A stretch of DNA of 64,000 nt from Limnochordia bacterium (lineage in GTDB: Bacteria > Bacillota > Limnochordia > DTU080). The stretch lies in the NCBI GenBank assembly GCA_050951545.1, contig JBMNJG010000001.1, positions 1 through 64,000 on the forward strand, written 5' to 3'. This document shows positions 20,568 through 29,956 of the stretch, piece after piece (within the stretch, counting starts at the first letter, position 1; every line of letters begins with the position of its first letter). Both the position numbers and the translations under genes were made by a program. The notes beneath the pieces were generated by a model. It ran no database searches and was not told where the DNA came from. It was given only the letters and a program-made list of their open reading frames with translations.

Positions 20568-21733
20568 AGTAGGATACTAATCTGGCTGCTCCTGGTTGGT
20601 TGGGATGAGGCCAGCAGCTTCTGCCAGTGCCTGCTCGGTCTCGGGCGGAGTTGGAGGAAGCTGGATTCTGGCCTGTCTTCTCCGGCACGCTCAAGATGAT
20701 CTCCTGCGTAGCCGCATGCCACTCTACCGTGGCCCCAGCGGACTCGGCAAGGAAGCGCAACGGCACCATGGTAATCTCTTCGAAGATGAAGACGGGAAGC
20801 GGCAGCTGGGTGTCGACGCCATCGACCGTAGCTGCCGTGGCCCCGATGTGCGATATAATGTGGTGTGTCTCATCTCGCACTGTGACAGTACGGGTTAGTG
20901 GGTCAAAGGCCACGCTGGCCCCGAGCCACTCCGCCACAGCTCCGCAGCGGAATCAGGGTCACACCAGTGAGTCGCCACGCTGTGATGTCGAGCGTGGGCA
21001 CGTTAGGGGCGACACTCGTCACCTCGATTCTCAGCTCTTCGAGAGCGCCGGCGGCTGCTTCTCGTACGGTGGTGTCGGGGTCAGTCAGGGTGTCGACGAG
21101 CACGTCAACGGTCTCTTCGTTGGGTGAACCGACATGCCCCAACGCTGTGGCGGCCGCCTGACGCACGGCACTGGTGTTGTTGTAATCCGCCAATGACTGG
21201 GCGAGGGCAGGTGCGGCACTGTGGGCAGCTGGTCCCATCGCGCCAAGAGCCTCGGCGGCGGCTTGTCGCAGGTCGCTGCGGTTATGGTAGTTCGTCAGAA
21301 CGCCGATCATCTCTGGAACCGCATCGCCAGCGGCCGGGCCCACGAACCCCAGGGCCCTTACGGCGGCGGCCCGCAGGTCACTGCTGTTGTTTTGGTTGGT
21401 GAACACTTTCGCTAAGGCGGGAACAGCCTCTTCGGCCGCCGGGCCAATATCTCCCACAGCCGTTGCGGCTGCCAGGCGTACTGCTGGTTCTCTGTCGCTG
21501 AGGCATGCAGCTAGCGCCTCAATCACAGACGCATCGGGAGTCAGATCGCCCCAGTCTAAAGCCCCTAGCTGTTTCGCGGCATCACGGCGCACTGTCCAGG
21601 TCGGATGTCGCAGTTCGTCTACCAGGACACTTACGCTTTGCGCGTTGACCACTACACCCCATAGAGGCAGAAACAGACAGAGAGTGACGACGAACAGCTT
21701 GATGCGCAAGGAGTCTGGCAGATAGATACGCAT
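20476..21733 (-). pseudogene. HEAT-repeat plus copper amine oxidase N-terminal (stalk) domain protein, split by +1 frameshift near 20941
   Basis: HEAT repeats (VRLAAATAVGDIG), then LIPLR|AVAEWLGASVAFD restored by removing one base. Confidence 0.65.
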
Positions 21734-21971
21734 TGGTAGCCCTCCTCGATTGGGTCGAGACTAACAGGGTCGCGGCTCATTCTCGGAAGTTGCTCTCAGC
21801 TCTTGGGCACCTCCTGGGTTTCGGGTGTCACGTGTGATCATGTTTTCGCCCGGAAGTACGCGATGCCCTTGTGGGGTTGGCAAGAAAGTGTCACATGGCA
21901 CTAACTCGTCACGAGCTGCGCCTAGCGACAGGAATCCACGTCGGCAGCTAGAATACAAGAGCGACAGCTGA

Positions 21972-22146
21972 ATAGGCGTACGAGGAGCCCCCGGTCTGTG
22001 CAGGGGGATAATAGGGAAGTCGGGCAAGAACCGACGCGGTCCCGCCACTGTAGCCGGGTAAGCACGATGCATACGGCCACTCACTTGACGTGGGGAAGGC
22101 GCATCAACGCAATGATCCGGGAGCCAGGAGACCTGCCTCGTACGTG
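21972..22146 (+). promoter_or_regulatory. cobalamin (AdoCbl) riboswitch
   Basis: AATAGGGAAGTCGG..CGGTCCCGCCACTGTA..GGGAAGGC..GAGCCAGGAGACCTGCC B12 box; P1 CGTACGAGG/CCTCGTACG. Confidence 0.93.
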
Positions 22147-22271
22147 AAGACCATAGTCTCCTTCGCGGAAAGGAAGCGCGGTCGCCCGGGTGTCTGCTTG
22201 TGACAGCAGGTCGTACGCGGGTGTCTTGACTACTGCATCCTCTGCATAAGCCGCAGGGAAGGTAGCTGCGA

Positions 22272-22305
22272 CCCTTCTTTTTCCTAGCGAAAGAGAGGGG
22301 TTTTT
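22272..22305 (+). terminator. riboswitch expression-platform terminator
   Basis: CCCTTCTTTTTC-CTAGC-GAAAGAGAGGGG-TTTTT before btuR. Confidence 0.6.
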
Positions 22306-22396
22306 GCTGGCCGAGAGGAGCTGGCCTCACAGAAGGCAGATCGCTATCTTTCGGTCCACGCGATACACGAGTACGATCTGTGGAGGTGCGTGTCAG

Positions 22397-22981
22397 GTGG
22401 ATGAAGGACGGCAAGCAGGGGCGTCCAGTGATCCAGACCAAGGTGCCAGAGCTAGTACACGCAAGGGCTTGGTCATTGTGCATACCGGAGATGGCAAGGG
22501 CAAGACCACGGCCGCGCTGGGGTTGCTAATGCGGGCTTGGGGACGCGACATGAAAGTAGTCATGTTTCAGTTCATTAAGAACAGAAATGCTCATTGGGGT
22601 GAGATCCGCGCCGCCCGCAAGATGGGAGTAGAGCTTATCCCTCTGGGGGATGGTTTTGTCTTCTCTGCGCAATGTGAGAAAAACAAGAGCTTGGCTCTAG
22701 AGGGATGGGCCCTGTGCAAGGAAAGGATATTGGCTCCCCCAGGCGCCTATGATCTGATTATCCTCGATGAGATCACGTATTTATTCCACTATGGATGGCT
22801 TCCCCTGCAAGAGGTGGTGGAGACACTTGATAGGCGTCCTCCGCTGCGTCATGTGGTCATGACAGGGCGCTATGCTTCTCAGGCGCTGATCAGTTACGCC
22901 GATCTTGTCACAGAGATGCGGATGATCAAGCATCCCTTTGTCGACCAGGGGATCAAGGCCCAGCCCGGAATCGAGTTCTGA
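22397..22981 (+). CDS. cobO: cob(I)yrinic acid a,c-diamide adenosyltransferase (BtuR/CobO/CobA)
   Basis: HTGDGKGKTTAALG, QFIK, ILDEI, TGR, ADLVTEM..KHPF..G..AQPGIEF; GGAGG-GTG start. Confidence 0.92.
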   Translation: MDEGRQAGASSDPDQGARASTRKGLVIVHTGDGKGKTTAALGLLMRAWGRDMKVVMFQFIKNRNAHWGEIRAARKMGVELIPLGDGFVFSAQCEKNKSLALEGWALCKERILAPPGAYDLIILDEITYLFHYGWLPLQEVVETLDRRPPLRHVVMTGRYASQALISYADLVTEMRMIKHPFVDQGIKAQPGIEF

Positions 22982-23002
22982 TGGTAGGGTGCCTGTGCCA
23001 AG

Positions 23003-23836
23003 TCACTCTTTTTTGAGGCCCATGTGTTTGTAGATGGTCTCGAGATTGAGATGCTGCCTTACTATGGAGGCTAGCCGCTCGAAGGACTCATCGAGGAGAT
23101 CGGGCACTTCTGGGCCTTCTGATATGGAGTCTTCAGCGGCGATGCCCAGATTCTCTACATAGGGAAGAACGCCTAGCACTGGTACGCCAGTGCGTTGTTC
23201 AAGAAAATCAAGGCCTGGCTTGAGATAGGTCAGATCCCCTCGAAACTTGTTGATGATGATTCCTCGCACGAATGCCCGCTCCTCAGTAGGCAGCAGATCA
23301 AGCGTGCCCACGACCCAGGCCAGGGCGCCTCCTCGGTCGATGTCGGTGACGAGCAGTACGGGTGCGCCAGTAAGCCGGGCGATGCGCATGTTGACGATAT
23401 CGCCGTCTCTCAGATTCACCTCAGCTGGGCTACCTGCCCCCTCAATGACTATGGTTTCATGGCGCTCCGCTAGACGTCTGTAGGCAGCGAGGCTGCAAGC
23501 CAAGAGCTCGTCGCGCAGTGCGCGGTACTCACCCCAGGGCATGACTCCTCTTGGCTGGCCGTTGACGATCAGCTGTGAGTGCATGTCGCCCGTGGGTTTG
23601 AGCAGAATGGGATTCATGTCTACATGGGGCTCTACACGGGCTGCGTAGGCCTGCATTGCCTGTGCTACGCCCATCTCGCCTCCTCCGGCGGTCAACGTCC
23701 CATGTCCCATGTTTTGGGACTTGAAGGGTGCGACGCGGTAACCATCTTGGGTCATGATGCGACAGAGGGCGGTAGCGACCACACTCTTTCCCACGCTAGA
23801 TCCCGTTCCTTGAATCATGAGGGGTTTTGCCAGCAT
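23003..23836 (-). CDS. cobQ: cobyric acid synthase, short form lacking the glutamine amidotransferase domain
   Basis: MIQGTGSSVGKS, PFKSQNM, MNPILLKP, EGAGSPAEVNL, DIDRGG, INKFRGD, EDS, then directly the C-terminal helix. Confidence 0.85.
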   Translation of the reverse strand: MLAKPLMIQGTGSSVGKSVVATALCRIMTQDGYRVAPFKSQNMGHGTLTAGGGEMGVAQAMQAYAARVEPHVDMNPILLKPTGDMHSQLIVNGQPRGVMPWGEYRALRDELLACSLAAYRRLAERHETIVIEGAGSPAEVNLRDGDIVNMRIARLTGAPVLLVTDIDRGGALAWVVGTLDLLPTEERAFVRGIIINKFRGDLTYLKPGLDFLEQRTGVPVLGVLPYVENLGIAAEDSISEGPEVPDLLDESFERLASIVRQHLNLETIYKHMGLKKE

Positions 23837-24498
23837 GACTCCACCTCCGATAAGTGTGATGTGTCGTTCAGACAACGGATAACAGCCGTTTCGCCGAAAA
23901 GATCCACGACGCTGAGGCTTGCATTGTCAAATGTCAGTCGCAGGGCAAGCGAGGGTTCTGCCGCCAGAAGACAGACAGCAAGGGCCCGCAAGACGCCGCC
24001 ATGGGCCACCACGGCGATGCGAAACGGTCTGCCAAGTGCGGACCCGCGCCCTGTGGCCATACGGGTGAACTCTTCTGGCATGGCGCGCACCCTGGCTACA
24101 CAGGCTAGAAAACTCTCACCTCCCGGGGGAGCGGCTGTCAGCGGGTTGTCCATCCACAGGCGGCAGGCATCTGGGTCGCGGCTGTACACTTCGGCATAGG
24201 TCTTGCCTTCCCAACAGCCAAAAGAGGTCTCCCGTAGAGCATGACACACCGTAGCAACCAAGGGTCGACCAGCGCACAGGAGATCAGCCATAACCTGGGA
24301 CCTCTTGGCCGGGCTGGTGTAGACAGCATCTAAGGCCACGCGCGCCAGACGTTCGCTGGCGGCTTGCGATTGGTGAAGACCCTGCGCTGTCAGTGCGCTA
24401 TCCCGAGACCCGCCGAAGCGGTGGGCCTGATTGTCCATACTCTCTCCATGACGCAGCAGGTAGAGGCGTAATGGTATGTGAGATGTCGGCATGATCAA
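23815..24498 (-). CDS. cobC: histidine phosphatase (alpha-ribazole phosphatase)
   Basis: LLRHGES, E..FG.WEG, PPGGES, VAHGG; located in cob operon. Confidence 0.8.
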   Translation of the reverse strand: MIMPTSHIPLRLYLLRHGESMDNQAHRFGGSRDSALTAQGLHQSQAASERLARVALDAVYTSPAKRSQVMADLLCAGRPLVATVCHALRETSFGCWEGKTYAEVYSRDPDACRLWMDNPLTAAPPGGESFLACVARVRAMPEEFTRMATGRGSALGRPFRIAVVAHGGVLRALAVCLLAAEPSLALRLTFDNASLSVVDLFGETAVIRCLNDTSHLSEVESCWQNPS

Positions 24499-24524
24499 AT
24501 GGCTCCTTCATCGGATGAACTGCA

Positions 24525-25254
24525 CTATGCTGTCGTCCGCGAAAACACCACACCGCCGCCGCAAAGATGGGCCTGCCCCAGCCATCTCAGCCCAGAATGG
24601 AGTCGTAGGCAGTGACGCCGCATCTCCTGCCCGTCAGTATCAGGATCCATAAGCAGCCCGGCGACTGTGCCAGTGTGGGCTACGCAGAGTCCGTAGCCGC
24701 CTGCATCTTTGACTAGCTGTACGAGCTGGGCCAGACCCGGTTTGGGCAGTAGAGCCTGATGGGCTAGGGCACTGTGTGTGGCACCCCAACCTATGAGGGC
24801 TGGCTCCGATCTATACAGTCCAGTACGAATCGCGGCTATGGCTTCTCGGAGCTGGGAGCTAGCTGTCGGTCGGCTTAGCATCGTCTGGTGAAAGGTCTGG
24901 GTGTCTATCGTGCCACCCCAGTCTACGATGCCGAGCATCAGCCGAGGGGGTGCGGGATAAGAATCCAGGGGCTCCCCGGTAGCCAGCCTCTTGCGCTCTA
25001 GCGAGCACTGCATCAGTCTTAGGAAATCCTGGGGCGGCTACTTCCCAGCCGACACCCGATGCGCCGATACCCGGCGAGTCAGCAGGGGACTTCAGCGCTG
25101 CTGCCACACTGTAGCGATCAATGGGCGCGCTAATGACGACGTGTTCACCGTCTAAGAAGCCTTGGGCCAGCTCGCCACAGGTGCAGGGAGCACGAGCCAC
25201 GGCCTTGCGTGTGAAAGGAATAGAGGTCTCGGTTCGGTCGTACTGCTTGTTCAT
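24525..25254 (-). pseudogene. pduX: L-threonine kinase PduX, internally deleted and frameshifted
   Basis: N-terminal APCTCGELAQG..ISAPID and C-terminal GGTIDT..GATHSA..GLCVAHTGTVAGLL lie in different frames; the GHMP GxGxxSS motif is absent. Confidence 0.75.
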
Positions 25255-26066
25255 AGCGCACCTATGCTCACTACCAGAAGCACAGCGAGTTCGACGAGTT
25301 CACTTGTGGCTCCCAGGGTATCACCAGTGAGGCCCCCGATCTTCTTAGTCACGTACCTGCCGAAGAGAAGGGAAATAGCAGGGGCTGTCACCAGGGCTAG
25401 CGTCCATTTGCGGTCGGGAACGCCTGTGGGGCCCAGGGAACCCTTCAAGAACAATGCCGTAGCAACAGCAGCGATCCAGGCCAAGGTAGCCCAAACTAGA
25501 TGGCGAGGGCGAAGGTGCTTGGCGTACGTCCTGCCCAGACCATCCTTGCGGGCCGACGGCTGGCTCTTGGCCATCAGTACGAGGGACCAGCGGCTGGCAC
25601 TCAAAGCCAAAGGAAGCGCCCAAACCAGGCGCTGCGATTGCAGCAGTGCCCATATCAGCGACCACTTTAGAAGCAGCGTGACGATCCCAGCTGCTACGCC
25701 GTGAGCTCCCACACGGCTGTCTCGCATGATCTCCAACCGGCGCTCTCGTGTGTAGCCGCCGTAGAACCCGTCCGCTGTGTCCATCAACCCGTCAAGGTGA
25801 AGGTTGCCGGTGATGATCGACAAAAAGGCCAAGGCCAGGGCAGCAGAGATGTGGGCGGGCAACCAGGCCGTCAGACCGGTAGCGCAGGCGGCCGTGAAAG
25901 CACCGAGAGCGCCGCCCACCAGAGGATACCAACTCATGGCCTCAGCCAAATCCGACTCGGCAACCTGCCCCGAAAGTGTGACGGGCAGACGGGTGAGAAA
26001 CTGTACCGCCAAGAGGGGGTGATACCAACGAGGCACTCTCGCTTGCTTGTGTTGCTTCGTGGTCAT
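25251..26066 (-). CDS. cobS: adenosylcobinamide-GDP ribazoletransferase
   Basis: QFLTRLP, LHLDGLMDTADG, IMRDSRVG, GGLTGDTLGA. Confidence 0.93.
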   Translation of the reverse strand: MTTKQHKQARVPRWYHPLLAVQFLTRLPVTLSGQVAESDLAEAMSWYPLVGGALGAFTAACATGLTAWLPAHISAALALAFLSIITGNLHLDGLMDTADGFYGGYTRERRLEIMRDSRVGAHGVAAGIVTLLLKWSLIWALLQSQRLVWALPLALSASRWSLVLMAKSQPSARKDGLGRTYAKHLRPRHLVWATLAWIAAVATALFLKGSLGPTGVPDRKWTLALVTAPAISLLFGRYVTKKIGGLTGDTLGATSELVELAVLLVVSIGAL

Positions 26067-26111
26067 TGCCGTCGCCTCCAGTGGTGTGAGATCAGGTGCG
26101 TCTGCCGGCTC

Positions 26112-27125
26112 CTAGCGCCCGAGGGCCAGCCCGGCCAGCAAAAACAGGGCCGAAGAGAGCACTGAGGTCACGATCATGATGCTAATCGCCTTAGCTATAT
26201 GGTGCCTTTCGAGCGGCCTCAGCTCCTCGCCGAGCAAGGCTCGCTTCTCGGGGATTCCCTTGTAGAAGTTGATGCCACCGAGCTGTATTCCGAGAGCTCC
26301 AGCTACGGCGGCTTCGGGTATGCCGCTGTTGGGGCTTGGATGCTTGCGCGCATCGCGCAGAATAGCCCGCCAAGACTGGGTTGCACTTCGGCCTACGCAG
26401 GCCGCGGCCAATGGCATTATCAAGGCTGCGAGACGGGCGGGTAGCCAGTTGGCGAGATCGTCCAAACGGGCAGAAGCCCAGCCGAAATGGAGGTAGGTGG
26501 CGTTTTTGTGCCCGAGCATGGAGTCGAGTGTGTTGATGGCGCGATAGGCCATAGCACCGGGCGCCCCACCTAGCAAGGTAAAGAAAAGTGGGGCGACGCA
26601 TGCGTCGACGGTGTTCTCTGCCACGGTTTCCACGGCCGCCCGGGCGATCTCCTGTTCATCTAGCTCGGTGGTGTCGCGGCCCACGATCTCCCCCGCTTTG
26701 CGCCGGGCCAGGGGGAGATCGCCGTGTTCGAGGGGCAGTAGAACCTGGTTTCCTGCTTGGGCGAGACCCTTGGCGGCCACGGTAGTAGATGCCAGCCACG
26801 CCGCCATCAGGGTGCCAGCCATCGGATGCAGGATTTTCGCCAGCCAGACAACGAGGGCTGTACCGCCCCCACTGACGATGGGGACCAGTATGGCCACCAA
26901 AAAGCCCCGACTCCGCTGCCGCCCTGGCGACTGCTGGGGTTGGCGCAGCCTGAGCTCGAGGGCTTGGATCAGGCGGCCTATCTGCACGACAGGATGTGGA
27001 AGCGCGGAGGGGTCGCCCACCACAGCATCGATGACCAATGCCAGAACCACTAGCAGGGCCCTTTCTCGCCAAGCCATGGGCGATGACCACAGTCGCCACG
27101 CTTGCCATACCACGTCAGGCATCAT
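26112..27125 (-). CDS. cbiB: adenosylcobinamide-phosphate synthase
   Basis: GDP..LPHPV, VGRDT, VETVAEN, YRAINTLDSM, RLDD.ANW.PARL, HPSPNSG. Confidence 0.93.
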   Translation of the reverse strand: MMPDVVWQAWRLWSSPMAWRERALLVVLALVIDAVVGDPSALPHPVVQIGRLIQALELRLRQPQQSPGRQRSRGFLVAILVPIVSGGGTALVVWLAKILHPMAGTLMAAWLASTTVAAKGLAQAGNQVLLPLEHGDLPLARRKAGEIVGRDTTELDEQEIARAAVETVAENTVDACVAPLFFTLLGGAPGAMAYRAINTLDSMLGHKNATYLHFGWASARLDDLANWLPARLAALIMPLAAACVGRSATQSWRAILRDARKHPSPNSGIPEAAVAGALGIQLGGINFYKGIPEKRALLGEELRPLERHHIAKAISIMIVTSVLSSALFLLAGLALGR

Positions 27126-27741
27126 GCGCCCCATCCCCTGGCGTGTCGATCTGCTCGGAGAAGCTAGCGAAGGCGTGCTGCAAGCGTTTGAGTTCAACTG
27201 GAATACCAGCGACGCAGTAGAACACCTGCTGAGCCGCAGCCGCTACTCGCTGGTTCGCCCATCCTGCCACGTCCCGGAACAGACGTCCCAGCGGGTAGGC
27301 GGGTACCACGCCTTGGCCGACCTCGTTGCTGACGATCACCACGAGGCCAGGGCAATGGGTAGCGGCCTCGATGAGCGCACTGACCTTCGCCAGACAAGCT
27401 TTCTGCAGATCATCATCCGATAGTCCCTCTTGCTCGAGGGAGAGAAGGCAGTTGCTGAGGTACATGGTGAGACAGTCGACAAGGTAGGCCCGAGGTGAGG
27501 TGCCCCCGATGAGCTCATGGGCACTATGGGGGGCCTCCAGGGTAACCCAACTGGGTGGTCTGCGCTGGCGATGGTGAGCCACCCGCATGCGCATTTCGTC
27601 GTCACCAATCTCCGCCGTGGCTATGTAGGTCACGGGCAGCCCCGACTCCTCCACCAACCGTTCGGCCACAGCGCTCTTGCCGCTGCGGGCACCGCCAAGC
27701 ACGAGAATGAGGCCGCATAGCGCGTCATCCGGCACGCTCAC
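27115..27741 (-). CDS. cobU: bifunctional adenosylcobinamide kinase / phosphate guanylyltransferase
   Basis: GGARSGKS, YIATA..D.EM..R..HR..R, VDCLT, SNEVG.G.VP, FRD..G..NQ. Confidence 0.93.
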   Translation of the reverse strand: MSVPDDALCGLILVLGGARSGKSAVAERLVEESGLPVTYIATAEIGDDEMRMRVAHHRQRRPPSWVTLEAPHSAHELIGGTSPRAYLVDCLTMYLSNCLLSLEQEGLSDDDLQKACLAKVSALIEAATHCPGLVVIVSNEVGQGVVPAYPLGRLFRDVAGWANQRVAAAAQQVFYCVAGIPVELKRLQHAFASFSEQIDTPGDGAHDA

Positions 27742-28798
27742 TCACCCCCGCGTCAGAGAAGGTCGCCATCTCGGTGAGAATCCCAACAGCCGCCTGGAGC
27801 AGGGGCAATGCCAGCACAGCACCTGTTCCTTCGCCAAGACGCATGTCGATGTGGAGCAAGGGGGCGAGCCCCAAATGTTCCAGCATAAGCGCATGTACTG
27901 GTTCGTGCGACAGGTGTGAGGGCACTAGGTAGTCGCGTACGGCAGGGCACAGGTGGAAGGCTACCAGCGCCGCTGCTGTAGAGATGAGGCCGTCGATGAC
28001 TACGGGCCGTCGTAGCTGTGCGCCCTTGATAGCGTACCCGGCCATGGCTGCGATCTCCAGACCACCTACTGCACACAGCGCGCGGAAAGGCTCTTTTGGG
28101 TCTAGCGCATGTACGTCGAGGGCTCGCTCGATGGCGGTCACTTTTCTTTGCCAACCGGCATGATCGACGCCTGTTCCCCTGCCTGTGACCTCCGCCGGAG
28201 CATGGCCATGCAGGGCGCATACGAGAGCCACGGCAGATGTGCTGTTGCCGATGCCCATCTCACCCACGGCCAGTACCCGGGTGCCGTCGCAGGCGACGCG
28301 CTCAGCGATGTCCATACCCACCTGGATGGCCGCCTCAGCCTCAGCGGCAGTCATGGCCAGTCCTTTGGTCATGTTGGCTGTGCCAGGGCAGACCTTGCGG
28401 TCCAGAAAGTCTCTCTGATCCGGATCTACGGTGAGTTTCTCTTTCACACCTACGTCTACGACGTATACACGGGCTCCGACCTGTCGCGAGAAGACATTGA
28501 TGGCGGCCCCGCCCCGCAGGAAATTGTAGACCATTTGGGCCGTCACCTCTGACGGATAGGCAGAGACTCCTTCAGCTGCCACGCCGTGATCAGCGGCCAT
28601 CACTGCCACCGCTGCTGGCGAGGCCACTGGTGTGGCCTGGCCCTGCACCCCAGCGAGTTGCACGGCGAGCTCTTCTAAGCGGCCAAGGCTACCTTGCGGC
28701 TTGGCTAGTAGGTCGAGACGATGTTGGACAGCGGCCATGGCAGAGCGATCAAGTTCCGGAATGGCATGGTCGGCGATAACGGAAGGGATGGTAAACAC
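27725..28798 (-). CDS. cobT: nicotinate-nucleotide--dimethylbenzimidazole phosphoribosyltransferase
   Basis: KPQGSLGRLE, AADHGV, GEMGIGNST, GGLEI, MRLGEGTGA. Confidence 0.95.
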   Translation of the reverse strand: MFTIPSVIADHAIPELDRSAMAAVQHRLDLLAKPQGSLGRLEELAVQLAGVQGQATPVASPAAVAVMAADHGVAAEGVSAYPSEVTAQMVYNFLRGGAAINVFSRQVGARVYVVDVGVKEKLTVDPDQRDFLDRKVCPGTANMTKGLAMTAAEAEAAIQVGMDIAERVACDGTRVLAVGEMGIGNSTSAVALVCALHGHAPAEVTGRGTGVDHAGWQRKVTAIERALDVHALDPKEPFRALCAVGGLEIAAMAGYAIKGAQLRRPVVIDGLISTAAALVAFHLCPAVRDYLVPSHLSHEPVHALMLEHLGLAPLLHIDMRLGEGTGAVLALPLLQAAVGILTEMATFSDAGVSERAG

Positions 28799-28818
28799 GC
28801 AGTAGCCTCCTTAACAGA

Positions 28819-28849
28819 GAAAAACCTCTCTTCCTTCGCGGGAGAGAGG
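28819..28849 (-). terminator. riboswitch expression-platform terminator before cobT
   Basis: Minus strand CCTCTCTCCC-GCG-AAGGAAGAGAGG-TTTTT. Confidence 0.65.
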
Positions 28850-28985
28850 CTGCACTGGCCCGAAAACCTCTGCCTTGAGGGCAGAGGGGCGGTGGCCATC
28901 AGTAACCTTCAGGTGACGAGCTATGTGATGTCGACTCACCTGGGCGACCGCTCCCTTAATCCGCGAAGGAGATGCTGGTACCAAG

Positions 28986-29170
28986 CTACAGGGCAGGTCT
29001 CCTGGCTTCCGGCGTAACGCTTCGTGGTGCGCCTTCCCTGCTTTTCGCAAGTGGCCTTATGCACCTAACTCACCGGCTACAGTGGCGGGACCGCGTCGGC
29101 TCTGCACACGAGATGCTACCCGACTTCCCTATTACCCTCCGATCAACGATCGAAGGCACCCTGTGCTCTA
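28986..29170 (-). promoter_or_regulatory. cobalamin riboswitch
   Basis: Minus strand AATAGGGAAGTCGG..CGGTCCCGCCACTGTA..GGGAAGGC..AAGCCAGGAGACCTGCC. Confidence 0.93.
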
Positions 29171-29312
29171 TTCAGTTCATGTGAATGCTGATTCTCGACC
29201 GCGGGCAGGATCCCTCTTCGCTTTCCAGTTTTCGCGGTGGGAACTCTGTTGGTAACACAGACGCTCACTTCCAGCTTACCCGGGAGCCTGAGATGAGCGC
29301 AAGCGTCCGGAT

Positions 29313-29350
29313 GAAGAGCCCCCGTCTCTACGGAAGAGGCGGGGGCTCTT
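29313..29350 (-). terminator. hairpin terminator after ferritin-like gene
   Basis: AAGAGCCCCCGTCTCT/AGAGGCGGGGGCTCTT inverted repeat. Confidence 0.6.
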
Positions 29351-29393
29351 GTGAAGGCGTCTAGGAGTCTTTCGAGTTAGCGCACCACGCCCA

Positions 29394-29834
29394 CTAGACA
29401 GCGTTGAGCATGGCGGTCCAGATGCCAACGTGCGAAGACTCATCAAGCAGAAGAGCCATGAACAGCAACCGGGTCGTGATGGTTGGGGCACACATGGCAA
29501 GCTGTGCGTAGCGCGTGATGGCTGTGAGTTCCCCATGGATTGCTGTAGCTACGTCTGCAGCGAAGTTGCCAGTGGCCTTGGGGCAAGACGGGGGAGGAGA
29601 AGGGGGTGGTGGGTTGCTCGCCAACAGGGCTTGTTGCAGCTCGGCGTGCCAGAACTCGGTACGGCAGATGGTCCAGGCGATCAGCTTGAGAGTCTCATTG
29701 GGGGCTTCATCGGCAATCTCGGCGTAGAAGCCCGCGTCGCAGATCTCGTCTTGGATTGACTCCTCGATATCGGCTCTGAAGGTCTGACACAGTGACTTGG
29801 TGCAATCGAGGGGGGTTACTGCCACTCGGTTCAT
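29394..29834 (-). CDS. ferritin-like domain protein (duplicated half-domains, YhjR/spore-type)
   Basis: IQDE..D.GFY..IA.EAP...TE.WH and IHGEL.A..RY..LA..AP...DE.SH repeats; AGGAGG RBS. Confidence 0.7.
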   Translation of the reverse strand: MNRVAVTPLDCTKSLCQTFRADIEESIQDEICDAGFYAEIADEAPNETLKLIAWTICRTEFWHAELQQALLASNPPPPSPPPSCPKATGNFAADVATAIHGELTAITRYAQLAMCAPTITTRLLFMALLLDESSHVGIWTAMLNAV

Positions 29835-29956
29835 AGGTGAATACCTCCTGTAGTGTAATCCACTACGATATATGAGGATGAGCAGAGCGGCGCGTAATCT
29901 GCAGGAACCGATATGCCCGATTTCGAGACACGGCTCATGGCCTTTGGCGCTCAGGC

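Noticed and set aside
21761-22483. 240-aa minus-strand ORF (and 28721-29184 plus-strand ORFs)
   Set aside because: Antisense translation of cobalamin riboswitches (RQVSWL signature)
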